A DNA stretch of 61,583 nt, filler included, from Sphacelaria rigidula (GCA_964200075.2; 10 parts of 10 records of this genome joined end to end with filler, not necessarily neighbours in it), one strand, 5' to 3'. Numbered from the whole stretch's first letter, positions 24,737 through 38,174 are shown. Program-made: numbers and translations. Notes: generated from the sequence alone by a model not told the origin.

Positions 24737-26670
24737 TTATTCCCACCTATGAGGTGAGATGGCATCTCGGCGTGAGTTCGCTTTGTCCCTCACGTTTTTT
24801 AGAGGGCGCGTGGCGCTGGAGCTAGCCTGTTTCACTCGGTCTGCTGTCAAGAGCGTAATATCGATATCCGTGTCAAGACCTACGGGGGGGGAAGCGGGAT
24901 CGGTTACAAACGCCGAATTTTCATCACCGCCTGCAGCGGCTGACTGGTGTGGAATGCCACTGTTTTCAGTGAGCATAAGTGCGGAAGCCAGAAATAGATT
25001 GATTCCCGTACCCATGTCAACGCTTGCTTCTACGGGAGCATGGCCGTGGTCAAAGACGTCGTCTACGACCAGTTCCTGAACGTTGCTATCGACACTACCA
25101 GGTCTGGGAATACCGTTGTCCGGGGAGGTTGCACCGTCCGCGAATGCACCTTGGACAGGTGCTCGCGGCGTGCATTCGACATCAGACATGGTATGTGTAC
25201 CTGAAGAGGTGCGTGGTTTAGGCAGGGTGGAAATCAAGAGGCTAGTCAGGGATCTGGGCGTTGTACATGTATGCGAGAATGATGTCGGGAAAATATGGCT
25301 TTATGTTGTGTGTTCGTCGTCGGTATCGGGGGAATAGCAAAGTCCCTCTGTGGTTGTGAACTCCCCACGTCGGTTGTGGTCGAACCAGGCGTGTGTACAG
25401 AGGGAGTTTTATCGTACTGACCCATCTGGAACATTGATGTAACATTGGTGCGCATATCGGGCAGTTGGATGCCACGTTCCGTGTTTTAAAAAAAAGTCAT
25501 CGTCTGTACCTCGGGCTCAAATTGAAATAGCCCGCGTACGCCGTGTCTGCCAGGGGATATCGGCGTGTGTTTGACCCCTGTCGATCGGCTCGGTGATTAC
25601 ATGACCGAAACTCAAGGAGCGGAGGCGCTGGAGAGGAAGAAATATTGAAGCGACGTGCCCGGAACGGGTGTACTGAAAGAAAAAAGATGTGAGCGGCTCT
25701 GGTTTCAGAGACACGTTGGCGAATGGAAAAGGAAACGATAGTAGAAACCGAATATGCGTCAAGACGTGATGCTTTCTTTGTGCCGTGTATAACGGTAAAA
25801 GAGAGAGCGCATCCCTCACGGCAGGTTGGTGTGCACCGTGTTGACGGCCTGTGGATGGGGGGGGTGAATTATGTAGCAAAGGAGAGCTCTCGAATGCGTG
25901 CGTGCCGCCAGCGTCTGATGGTCCGTGGGTCATCCCTTCAAACGGTTGCGGATACTACATCAGACATCGGAGACCTATAGTCGTACCAGACTTGGACTGT
26001 TGGTCAACTCCAAGTAGAAAAAGAAAACAGCTGCCTCGAACAAGTCAGCTAATCACACGATGTTGCAGTATGAAACACACAAATGAAACGTGCATTCAAA
26101 TTTCGAGTGAAAAGCAACGGGCCGAAGCGTACAGAATCGTGAAATAACAAATAAATGGCGGCCGATGCAAGAACAGTGTCGCCAGCAGGGTGCGAGAGAG
26201 GGGACCGTACAGCTTAAGTAAAGCGAGCCACTCTTGAAGCCCCAACTGTTACAGAATAGTAGTAGCAAAGCAAGCCGCACCCTCAAGAAAGGGAGGTTGG
26301 CAAAATGGTCGTGTGTTCAACTCGTAATACAGGCTGACGGCTCTCACCTCAGCACACAACAACCAACAGCTACCTGATAAATCACAGCCCAAGCCTTCGA
26401 ATAATTACAATCGATCGATATGGAGGAGGAGGGGGGACTATAATACAAACACAGCTTCAAAACTCACATTGGTCGACTGTGGACTTGTAGACCCAGTAGA
26501 ATTGAAGAGATCAGCGCGGTAGGTGATGTTTGAGAGCTCTTCTTGAAGTAAGGTTTCTACTGTAACCGTATATCCAAACAATGTCGGTTGTTGAGTCGGT
26601 GAACACAAGTAAACAGCCGGGGGAGCGAGGGCCTCTGCAAAAACCTCCTTCGTGGCCACGCATACAGCTA
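24737..26670 (-). CDS. Possible multi-exon gene of unknown function
   Basis: Candidate exons with canonical splice sites at about 26668-26468 (...STSPQSTN|GTGAGT), about 26246-26132 (LGLQEWLALLKLYGPLSRTLLATLFLHRPPF) and about 25672-25540, plus an open 166-aa terminal frame. No homology recognised. Confidence 0.3.
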
Positions 26671-26813
26671 TCATATGAAGAATCAGCCTGACGCGTCGTT
26701 ATCTTGGCCAACCAAGGCATCAGCAGGAGCGTCCCTATATGACTGACCATGCACAGACCAATCTCCAAACTTAGAACGTACCGCTACAGGCTGGTTCACG
26801 GGAAAAAAAAAAA

Positions 26814-27740
26814 CACTCATCGGCAAACTTCATGCCGTTTTAAGGGGTTAGACCCTGAAATTTTGCACAGTTGTTCTATGGGTCAGAACACAACTTTCCA
26901 GGGTCAATTTTTGTTTTAACTTTTTCTTTCTTCACCGTTTTTCCGGGGTCCCAGTTTTTTCGGGGAAACTTCGATCCAATCGGACCCCCGTAAAACGGTA
27001 AAGAAAAAACTGGTCCACCCAAAGTTGCGTAATGCCCATAGCACAGTTGTGCAAAATTTCAGGGTCTAATTTCTTAAAACGGCGTGAAGGTTTTCGCGCT
27101 TGTGTGATAAACCTTGCCGTACCACGGTGAAACGCAAACTACTAGATTTTAGTATGAAAATGGCGTTTTTTGGCCTTCTTTGACGTGAACATGAAAATTC
27201 AAGCACCAGTTAATCGAGTTTGGCCACGAAAATTTGTGGAAATCTTTCTTGGGTTTTGCGGCGACAGAACGTTTGCGAAAAAAATGAACAAAAGCCGTGG
27301 TGCCGGCATTCCGGGGTCCCAGAATAGACGACTTCGAAAAAACGACTTGGATTCCGTTTGATTCCCGGAAGACGGTAACAAAATCAAGAATCAGAAAAAA
27401 CTTGTTTATCGAAATTTTCGAAATGATTCATAGCATATATGTGCAAAGTTTCAGGGTCTAACTCCTAATAAATGCGTGAAGATTTGCGCGTTTGTGCGGG
27501 GATGTGAGCTTAAAACGTGCAAACTCCTAACTACCTGTTTTTTCAGTATAAAATATCTTTTAGGGTGAAATTTACGTCAAGGCAGGAAAAAGTGTATGAG
27601 ATTTTCGACTTTCTCCACCGAACTATGTACATATGTTCCTTTGACCATCCCGGGACGCGTTATGTTATTATCTTTTGTTTTGAGTCATTCTGTACCGCCT
27701 TCCGGGGGTCTTTGTATGGGACCCCCGGAAGCCGGTAGAG
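26814..27740. repeat. Non-coding repeat with internal inverted modules, probably a non-autonomous DNA transposon
   Basis: TTAGACCCTGAAATTTTGCACA (about 26848) is inverted relative to TGTGCAAAATTTCAGGGTCTAA (about 27048) and TGTGCAAAGTTTCAGGGTCTAA (about 27440). Boundaries are approximate. Confidence 0.5.
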
Positions 27741-28287
27741 AACGGAGAAACTTTGAGCCCTTGCCAAGAACACAATGTTTCTATTTGGAGCATTGATACC
27801 TACGGAACTGCGAACTTTGAGGATGATCTGAGCTTTTCTACAACAGATAAAGTGGAAATCGTCACGAGGCTCCCCGAGTCTTTCCCGAGTATCATGAGTG
27901 GGAATTAGACGACGCCAAAATCCACATCACCGAAACATCACGGTTTCGGGTATAATTCGACCCCGTTGGAACCGTTTTCATATCCGTTTCTCCCGCTAGA
28001 TTCTTGAAGTGATGACAGTCACTACGATTTGAGTTATGTGGAGATTTAGTGGAAATTCGGCTTGGAATTCGTATTTTCAATTTCGGAACATTTTGAAAGG
28101 CGCTGATTGGTCGAGACACATTTTTGTCCATAGCGCCACCGCTATAGCCTTGAACAAAAATCCGGCTATGCCACCCTCTTCATCTGTTCATTACGGTCAG
28201 TATGATTCCATGTTTGTGACTATTGGGTGCGTATTGCAGAAGGCATTTGCTGATGACAGAATTCGTTTTTGTTTCTCCGTGAACCAG

Positions 28288-28504
28288 TGTAATGCGTGAG
28301 AGGACCGCGTGCTTAGAGGATCGCATTGGAATTGAAACATCCTTATGGTTAGGGTTAGGGTTAGGGTTAGGGTTAGTGTTGGGGTTACGGTCAGATGCGT
28401 GGTACCTGCAAGGACTGGCTCGATTGGTTTCGAAAAACGTCGATCCTGGGGTGTTTCGGACTACGGCGCCATCCTCTAAGCACGCGGTCCTCTCACGCAT
28501 TACA
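28288..28504. mobile_element. MITE with perfect 34-bp TGT...ACA TIRs, CCAG TSD and internal (TTAGGG)n
   Basis: CCAG|TGTAATGCGTGAGAGGACCGCGTGCTTAGAGGAT ... ATCCTCTAAGCACGCGGTCCTCTCACGCATTACA|CCAG. Telomere-type repeats at 28347-28387. Confidence 0.92.
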
Positions 28505-28559
28505 CCAGCCTGTATCCAATATCTACTTCACAAGTACACATTTGACTATACTCATTTTC

Positions 28560-29500
28560 TCTTCCTCGTTGGTCGTTCTGACAATGATCGTTATACCCCA
28601 AGTGCTACGTTAATTCACGCACGCGGTAATAGACCATTACATGACAAGGAAGGTTTTGCTATCGTGAACACTCTTCGTCGTTTGGAGTATCTCTTGTGGG
28701 ATGGCGTGCACATTTTCACGGATCACCGAAATCTCGTGTAAATTTTCAACCCGGAAGCGTACGTTACCTCAGTGTCGAAGGCATTGGCACAACGGTTCGA
28801 GAGTTGGGAAGCTTTTCTTGGCCAGCATCGTTACTATATTTGCCATAAGTCGGGGACCGTAACGCGTGGGGTGACTTGCTTTTGTGTTGGGTGCATATTC
28901 CGGCTTTACCTGTGCGCACTGTGGCTGTGTTTGGTCCGTGTGAACCTGACGACTCGATGCCGTCCAAAGTTGTTGTCTACCAAGCGCAACGGAAAGACCT
29001 TGGAGCCGAAGATGCGGGTGTGCAATCTTTCGAGTCGGGCGTTTGTGGTACTGATATCTTGGACAATGAAGGTCTGTTTCGTGTGCATGTGCGTGGCCGA
29101 AACGATTTGTGGATTCCGAGGTATGACAAGTAGTTGCAGGTACGTCTAGTGATTTATGCTCACGTGCGCGACGCCGGGCATCGTGGTGTGGCTGCGACGC
29201 TCAAGCGCTTGCAAGAGGTTTGGGTCTGGCAGGGGATAGGAACTCATATGCGCGAATATGTCTGCCAGTGTCTTCACTGTACTGACTCTGACGCGAGGGC
29301 GGGCGATGTTGTTCCCCGCCCGCTCGGTGAAACGGTCCATGGGACCATGCCGAATGAAGTCGTTCATTCTCACTTCTTGTACGTGGGCGAGAGAGGCCAG
29401 TTAGTTTCCCGAGTTCTGTCGGAGGATGCTGGGTTTCGATACATTTTGGTAATCATGGATGATTTGAGCATTTCCATGTCTCTGGAATCAGTAGCAGTGT
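28560..29500 (+). pseudogene. Ty3/Gypsy LTR retrotransposon RNase H-integrase relic
   Basis: DKEGFAIV...YLLW.GVHIFTDHRNL (RNase H); AH....GHRG...CQCLHC (integrase HHCC); PNEVVH..FL...YILVIMDDLS (rve core). Contains stops and frameshifts. Confidence 0.92.
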
Positions 29501-30080
29501 GAACTGTTGAAAGTATGGCTCTGGCTTGTGTATCACACACAACGCTCGACTGTCAATTCGACAGGAACACAGTTCACCAAGTGAACTCAGCTCTAATAAG
29601 AGAGCTGGCAGAGGCCGCACAGTGTTGTTAAACACTTGTTTGTGCAATGAAAGAAAGTCAGATGTTTTGAGGTTGGCGCTTTATTTGGCCGAACAAACAC
29701 AATAAAACACTTGGTTCTTATTAACGCAGAAACCAATAACAAGCTGATAGGCTTGATTGAGTAGAGAAAAATGGAGAATGACCACGAGGGTGCATCTCAG
29801 AAAACGGTGCTATCTCAACCAAACCTTCCGTACTACAAACTGTACGACCTGAACTCTATGACCATGCACTCTACATCCATAAACCCTTGGTACTGTAGAC
29901 TCCTCGACTCAAGCTTTTCACTATTCTGACATAAACAGTCCGACCTATCCATTCGTCAACCCTGCATAACCGTACAGTCAAAACCCCTTCATACTGTCTG
30001 TACTACGTTCTACGTATGTTGCTGTTCATGCTGAACCGTAACGTAATCTCCCGCTAAAGGTGTATGTATCCATGAAATAG

Positions 30081-30501
30081 ATTTCCTTGCGACACAGAAC
30101 ACCCACCTGGCTATGATTTGAAGCTCGAGGACGCAGGCCGACCTGGGGAACACGATCTTGTGCTCAAAGTCGAGTGCTTGTTTAGAGCAGGGGTTCCCCC
30201 TGGCTTTGTTGAGTGTATCCTTGTACGGTGCTACCGCTTGGGCTTTCCATACCCAGTCTGGCGATACGGAGCTCTGATAGTAGGTGAACGGTTGTTTTCA
30301 CTGAGTCTGGAGTACTCCGAGGAGCAGAAAATCTTCAAAGTAGAGGTGTACGAAAACTGTAAGGAGGTCCATGCGTGGGCGACTCTGTCGAAGGTACTCT
30401 CCGTCACGATCAAGATGGTGTCGGAGTTCCCTGGTTTACCTTTCAAGCCCACGTTTTTCTGCCCACGACACGAGACAACGGGCATGCCCATCGCAACAAA
30501 T
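30081..30501 (+). CDS. Exon of a ROCO-family LRR-GTPase (C-terminal COR region)
   Basis: TAG| acceptor at 30080 and |GTGAGC donor at 30502. F..GVPPGFVE.ILVRC...WRYGALI ... EFPGL.....FFCP is a COR-B-like pattern. Confidence 0.7.
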
Positions 30502-30963
30502 GTGAGCAAAATAACAATATACAAGGGCTTCGGACGCGGGGGCCTACGCCCCCCCCGTCCTTCGGTGTACTGTGGTGCCATGACGTTTAGACTTATGAGA
30601 AATGTTACCAAGAGTGACGGTGATGTTGGAAAGGAGGACAGACTTGGCAGGAGGCCCCCACGTCCTTTGGTGTACTACTAACAATGTTTTCGTGAGATTG
30701 AGAATCTTCGATACGATTGAGAGTAGGAGTAAGGTAAGCCGTCNNNNNNNNNNNNNNNNNNNNNNNNNNNNNNNNNNNNNNNNNNNNTTAATTAATTAAN
30801 NNNNNNNNNNNNNNNNNNNNNNNNNNNNNNNNNNNNNNNNNNNAAAATCAAAAACACCGAAAAACCAACCCGTAAAAATCGCCCTGTGCTAAAAGAAAAC
30901 AAAGGAGGCCCCCCCCCCCCCCCCGCTCCCGCGAACCATCAACCCTTTGACGTCGTATTATAC

Positions 30964-33674
30964 CTGAGAGATCGCTCGGGATTAAACCCAACCTCTAGCT
31001 GCGTGCTGGCCCCAACCGGTACATTGGCCTCAGCCGGCTTCACACTGAACGTTCGCGAGGGTTCGCAAGACAAGGAAACGCTGGCCGCACGTGTACCCAG
31101 GTTTCTAACCACGATGTTTCTTGTGCCGATGGCCTTGACTGCCGTGTGTGGCATCACGATCTTCATTTTGGTGTTTCGCGGGCAAGCATGCAGAAAACGG
31201 GCGTTTGGTTTGCTTACGCTTTTTATTCGGAAAGAAGAGGTGATGAAAACACGCGATTTTTCTCACGTTTCTAACCACGACATTTCCGGGAGCCGTTCTG
31301 ATTGGCGAACATTATATCACTCACTTCGATACAATCACTTACTTCAGTGACAAATCGAAAATGTGCTCCTTATGAGAAAGCGAGGCCTTCGTTTAGGTGA
31401 ACGAATGCCCCTCGTTCGAACAAAAGGTTAAGTGGTGAGGAACGGACAATACTGTAGTGCTTTAACGGTTCATCGAAGTTTAAGTAGCGAGAGACGTACG
31501 AGTGGCGATGAGTCTACTAGTGGAGTATGTTTTATTGCACTAGCGAAGCCTGCAAGACGCCATGCCTCTTTTCTCTCCCTCGCATGCAGTCCCGGCTTTG
31601 TAGGGATGTGAGGTCAACTGTCGTACGACAACGGCATGCAATATCATGAGTACATGTCACTCACACGCATTCGAAACAATCCATGGGAGGACGAATGAAT
31701 GATTCGTCTGGTAATTGCTTGATTTTGGTGTAATTGGTTCGTACTGTACGAATCAATCCTTAGGCTTTGTTTTCAGCGTTGCAACCTAGGTACGCGCAGC
31801 CCAGGCGTATGGAATGGCGCAAATATTGGGTGAAGACCTGTTTCACTAGCGATCGACTTTTTTTTCTCTTTCGAGCAATCAGGCCTAAGAAATCGTGGAT
31901 CTGGTCATTCTAACCGGCGATGATTTGTCCGAACCTTGAAACAATCGGCCACTATCCCATGCTGTACAGCTCAGACGGGCGTGAAATGCCTCCTCCTCTT
32001 GCTCACAATCCTTTCTCTCCCCCCTTCGAGAAGAAGAGTGCCCCTTGTTCACCGTCTTCGAAATCATGATCAACCCCCCTTCCCCATCCATATAAACGAA
32101 ACACGTAACGGTCCCCGCGCCCCTCACACCTGGTCAGGAAAGTCAAGAACCGCTCGGTGTCCCAAAGCTCCGACGTGCACGATAAACTTCTCCCTCTCGG
32201 TCACAACCATGAGCTCAACAGAGTACGTTCGGACCTCCTGCGGCTTGAAGGTTACCACATAGCACACTTCCATGCCAGGTGCCACCTAGTACGCAAACGT
32301 GCACGCGGCACCATTTGCGAGGTTGACAAACCCATGCAATTTCAGAACGTGGCGTATGTTGGTCGGAGGAGTCGCATGGATCCAATAATCGTACTCTCGC
32401 CACACTTGTTGACTGGGTACTTCGAAGAACAAGTGTTTTTCATGTTATGCGATACCGGAGTGAATATAAATGGCAAGCGAATGCACACGTCCTTCGCTGC
32501 TTGCTGTTTCGGATGGGTCACAAACGTGTATTTCTGTAACAGCAGTGGCCTGAAACCGCACCCGATCGGTGATTCCTTGGACTCTAACAGAACGGCGTTG
32601 GGGGTTGTTGAAAATAGCACACTCACACCTTGGTCTGTTTGAGAGCCCGAAGTTTGTACGGGCTTCGCGGACCCGAAACGGTAAAATGCGGGCTATCGAG
32701 AGGAAGCAACTTCAACCGCCTGTTCACGGAGTCGTTATTCCTAAAGCATATCACCTGTTGTAAAAGAAGGAAAGAAAAGGGAAGTAGGGACGGGGGCATG
32801 CGGAGGGGGGATGTCAAACTTCACGAAGTGGCGTGGACAGATGTGTATGAGAGAATGGCAATCGGTGGGATTGAATGCTCTGAGCGTTGTAACTGATCAT
32901 GGGCTCCGGCCACCCGCAAACGCATTTCACTGTACTTCAATTAGTATGTTTTTTGTAAGTTGCGTATAAGCTGCGCGCTGGGAGATTAACCCAGCGGAAG
33001 ACAATTATCTGGGTGTATCACCAACAGTACAAGTCGGCCGGTACAAATGAACAACACTCGAAGCCTTTACGGTGCAATTCTGATTCCACCAAATACGATT
33101 CAGATGGCGCTCTTGCCTACTACTCATCAACACACAACGAATGCGAATAGTCGTATTGCAAATGAAGCCGTCACTCACTGCCTTCATGACCACAACGCTT
33201 ACCTTCTCCTGCTGTCCAAAAGCGTCGTATCCCTCAAATATGACCTTAGACGGATAGGGTTGAAACAGCGGCTCATCTAGCCTAACCGTGCTGGAAACAG
33301 CAGACGTGTTGTCCTCCAGGTTAAAAAAATCCACGATTCTGGGGGTCTCGCATGCATCGGCCCCTATGTTGCCGCTACCGCCGCCTCCTCCGGTGACATC
33401 CAGTATGAGATCGGATGGTCGAATTCGCGTATCCTGCTTCTCCTGATCACGGCATAAAGGCACATTTCGGGATAGCAGTGCACTGACTGCCGCGGTTCGA
33501 CCACCGCGATGAAAAAGTCTCTTGACAGGGACGGGAAATGGTGTGATTCCGCATCTTCCCCTTTGTCTTCCGTACGGCCCTTAGGTGTCCGTTCTCCATT
33601 GTGAGTAAGTAAGTGTATTGGTTCATATTCCCGGCACTACCCGCGACTCCCCCGTTCTGGTCTCTTGAAATCAT
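30964..33674 (-). CDS. HYDIN: Hydrocephalus-inducing protein homologue (axonemal central pair), first five exons; 3' part beyond the contig end
   Basis: Exons 33674-33576 (tentative first), 33442-33203, 32754-32629, 32285-32130 and 31160-30964, all GT-AG and in phase. They encode LDEPLFQPYPSKVIF, FRNNDSVNRRLK, VAPGMEV...VTEREKFIV...RAVLDFPD and VRNLGT...QLEVGFNP, colinear with the HYDIN N-terminal ASH domains. Confidence 0.93.
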
Positions 33675-34268
33675 GACATCTCTCCCCCAGTACTTGACTT
33701 ACACGTTGCTACCGAGCACTGGACAGTAGACGGCAGCCCGTCGACCTTCATCGAGCTACTTCACCAACTCGCGCTCTCGCGTTTTCAGACGACGTCATCG
33801 GGCGACGGAAACAGGGGGAAACCTCCACTATCGAGTTTTAAACCCACAAAATCTGTCCGATCTGGAATTGGAACACCAACTTGACAACCGGAGTGCTGCA
33901 GTGAAAACATTATTGCTGCTCTCCTCGCCATTGCAGGGGAATTTCAGGTGATCGTTTCATCGTTTCGTTCAAGCACTTCAAAAGGAAGGAAAATAACGCC
34001 GCCAACTGAGCTCTCGCTTCTCGTGGATCAGACACGCCATCAAACTTACTGCCTAGGTATATTCTCGACTTATGTAACTTCATTGGCTCCGCTAGTAGTG
34101 CTGATTTTGTGAGCTTCATCAACTTTGTCGGCTATCACAGCGATTTTTTGGCAGAGTACGTGCTGTGCAATGCATCCTTCGGAAGGCAGAGCGAAGCTTG
34201 CGAGATACAGCTGTTCACGTCGTTCACGTTCTGGAAGAGAGTCGAATCATCACGGTCGATTTGTCACC

Positions 34269-36360
34269 ATGACCATCAACCTTGTCGCCAGTGATGAGGA
34301 CCTGGCTACCGCGCTGAACGTGCTACAGCGCCCGGCTGTACCTCGTACCGAGAGCTGGGCGCTCTGCACTTCAAGACTCCCATCTTTCGGGGAACTCCAA
34401 GCACGACCAGGTGACGCGTACACTCTCTACTCTGATTGCAACCGATATAGGCAATAGCTTCGTCGACCGCGGCATCGGCGGGCACTGCCAGGCCGACTGC
34501 CGCAAGGATGAGACGTGGGGACGGTTGCTACTACTGTACATTGATGTGATAAGTCAAAATATTGCGCAGCTCTGTTCTGCATCGTACTGCACCTGAGGGA
34601 TACGGCGCTGGGTTCGAGTGTACCGAGTAGGTACTGTGATGTGGTGTGCTGTTCTCCACGGGGCTACGAGTACTAGTCGCTGCACTTCACGATACATGCA
34701 GCGCTACTCTACGTTGCAGTATTGGGCACAGGTGGCGCAGGCTGTGCTGATACGTGCACAACAAACCTTGAGTGCTCGTCGTTTCGTCGTGGGCTTGTGA
34801 TATTTCATGTGAGCAAGCACGGCCGGCCCTCTCCCGGCACCCTTTCTTTTCCTGCCCCTGTCGCCAACGCCCATCTTTGCAGTCGACGCCAGCGGCAACA
34901 GGCCGTCCGCGGCATGCGGGGCCAACTCCATCCCCTCCTGGTTGAGAGACATCCCTTGAGTTGTTATAGCTTACGTCAAGCGATTTAAATACCACCTGGA
35001 TTTTGATGCTTGTTTGTTCTTGCCGCCTAGTTAATGTGATCCTTGATTTTAATGCTAGCTTGCTCTCACGCGGTGTCCTGAGCGTATACCTCTCGCCCTT
35101 GCCCTGTTGGGGCTGCGGTGAGCCGAGAGCGCAGTGCTTTCAATTACGTTGTTTCCTCTGCAGGATTATTACCCCATCTCCATCACCATCCTGCGGTAAA
35201 TCTTGACGTGATGAGCTGTCCTTGTGGCGTGTGGGAGTTGAAAAGAGGATATCTTCGACACCAACAAGATCTCGGATACAGCGGACGAACGTTTACCGTT
35301 TGATCGGTCAGTGATGGCGTTAGATACCACCACCTCCCCATAACCAATGGATTGCGTGTCCCCTATCCTCCTTCATGTCCTACGAAAGACATGACACTGA
35401 TATATCGATAGATATTGTTCAATAATGTAACCTTGAAATGGAATCCATGTGCTTGATACTTACATCAGCCGAGATTGAGAACACTGGGAGAGAAGTGCAG
35501 AGTATACCCGCAGGCATTCGGATTGGACGTACGCGTATCGGCCATGTTCCCTAGTGGCTTCCAGTCGATGACGAAATATATAACGACATATTTTGCGCAC
35601 CTCAACTCGGCCGCGATAACACCCTTCAGCTCGCACCTCCCGGGGTCGGGTAACTGCTTGCCGCTGGTGTACTGCATATATGATCGCGGGTCTTGCGTGG
35701 AAGGATAAATCAAAATGATGAACAAAACAGTGATAGAGAAACGAAAACCGCCGTTGGGGCGATAACATGTGTGCCTGACTGCCTACGTGCACATCGATAA
35801 AAAATATAAGCAGACCAGCACGTGAATTCCCGTCACGGTTCATTAGCTTTGGCGAGGAAAGGACGAAGAGCGCCACGGCAACAAATTGGTGCAACGGTCT
35901 CACTATCAAGTGTCCCGCCTGATCTCCGAAGATTCGCAAACGAAGCCCACACCGTGCAGCACCACCCAAACAGCGGCGTACGCTGTCTGAGACAGATACT
36001 AAAGACTGATTCGCGCAGCATCCTGCGAACTATCATACTTCAGTCAGTCTTGGCAGTGCTAGGCGACGTCGTCTGAGTGGTAGAATGGGTGCATCAACTC
36101 GCAGGGATCCGATACTCTCGACTTCGTCCAACCCTGAAGGTGGCCGTCAAGGCGGGAAAGATACCGATACCACACCAGCAGCACGAATCTGTGTAGGAAA
36201 GTCGCCACCTTCGCAGGCAGCGGTACGAGATGCGGACGCACGAAAGAATCTACCTGATGATGCATCAACGGACGAAGAAAATGGTATCTCCGTCGAGGAC
36301 GAAAGGCCGGTCACGGCCGACATCTTTGATGCTTATAGCGGCAGCATCTGCGAGCGGCAG
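34269..36360 (+). CDS. Possible multi-exon gene divergent from HYDIN
   Basis: ATG ACC ATC AAC (MTINLVASDEDLATALNVLQRP...) ending CAG|GTGAC, with further exon-like blocks at about 35501-35649 (VYPQAFGLDVRVSAMF...|GTAAC) and about 36085-36360 (...DIFDAYSGSICERQ|GTGAA). The full structure is not resolved. Confidence 0.4.
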
Positions 36361-38174
36361 GTGAAATGCGGCGTGTCATGGGTCGTGTATTTTAAAGAGT
36401 TTTCGGTAGAAGGGTCTTGTTTTTCTTGTCAGTTTGTCCGCATAACTTCTTGTCAGCGTATATATCATGAAGTTGACAGTTTCAAGCACGTACGTTGCTT
36501 CTCGCACAACCCATGCGAAACTCAAAACGCTGCGAGAACAGATAATATGTAAGTCTTCGAAAGTGTGCACTTGCTGAGATCATGAAATATACGATGGCAA
36601 AAGTCACGCTGACAAAAGAGACCTTTCCGAAACTCTTCAATCTCATGTACAGTATACAGTTTGGAATTGACTGCATAGACTACATGATGCCGCAATTCAC
36701 AGGCCGGCGGGATTATCGGTGTTGAATTGAGTCTGATAACTCGTGTCTTCACTCGCTAGTGACAGTGTGACCAGTACTACAGACTGGGCCGCCCAAGAAG
36801 CTCACTTTGCTTCAGCCCGTTGTAACTGACGATGTATCGCGAGTTAACAGTGTTTTCGTGAGATTGAGAGTAGATGATACGATTGAGAGTGAAAAGCGGT
36901 CAATCAGTGAANNNNNNNNNNNNNNNNNNNNNNNNNNNNNNNNNNNNNNNNNNNNTTAATTAATTAANNNNNNNNNNNNNNNNNNNNNNNNNNNNNNNNN
37001 NNNNNNNNNNNCGAACCCCCTTTTTCGTTTTTTTTGCCTCGATTTTTTTATCGTTTGGGGGTTATGTTCCTTTTAAAAAGAAAATGAACCACTCCTGGCC
37101 TGAAGTACAATATACAGAAAATAGTTGAGCATGACAAATGCTGCGTGAAATCATTCATAACACTTCGCAATTCCGTTTCTGTTTCCAGTCTGCGCGCTCA
37201 ACGTGTTTGATAAGCGTCCGATGTCCGACAACACACAAAACAATCGCATCTCATATCACCAGCCAATGTGATCTTGCCCTCCTGTACTGTACATCGCGGT
37301 CAGTTGAAGTCACGACTTTTAATCCATTCAGTATGGAACACAAGTAGCTGTGCACACAAGGCAACATGTCTGTATAACGCAACATCTCTCGTCGAAGTCA
37401 TCTCGAGTCAAAAATGGAAGTTCAACTACCGTAGATGACGGAATATAACACCCCCTTCTACAGTCAAGGGGATCATATCATTCTGCAGTGGAGAAGGGAA
37501 AAACCAAAGTCTCAAACAGATGAGAATCAAAGTAGGGCACACATATAACACTCCAAAATCACACCTGCGCTCCGTCTCATTACAGAGCGATCAGGGCGTG
37601 ATGCTGAATGGAAAAGCAAACCAACACGAAACATCAACCGGCCGACATGTCAACTACGCAATGACGGTAGATGACGGAATATAACATGCCTACACGACGA
37701 AATATGAAATCACATCCATACCCTCGGGGTTTACATGTATGAAAGATACTGCATAGATGGGCAGGGCATAACAGTGATCCAACAAACAGGGGATAAAGGG
37801 GGATAAAAGGGAAGGGCAAAATATTGCCGACAAAAAAAAACAATCTGACTGTAAGCCTGCAAAATGAATCTTCATCTCCACCTAGTATGGTGTTGTATAA
37901 CACCCCCACTTCAATAGAAGCGAAGACATGCCACACTCTACAAAGCAATAAAATACACAAACCAACTCGCAAACTAGAATAGAATGACCACCTATCGATA
38001 ACAAAACATTCTTGAAGTCATCCTACTCTTCAATCCTGGTGGTTCTATAAAAAATTCGATGTTAAATCGAAGGAAAAATCAAAAGGGAAAACGTGCCTTC
38101 TTGAGCACTGCCGCTCGTGTTGAAGTAGGAGCTTGGACAGCTGATGACGTTGACGTCCCGGAAGTGGCTTGTTC

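Noticed and set aside
28347..28387. True chromosome telomere
   Set aside because: It is short, internal, and enclosed by TIRs and a TSD.
30081..33674. ROCO-HYDIN gene cluster
   Set aside because: The two are separated by an artificial linker at 30744-30843 and belong to different contigs.
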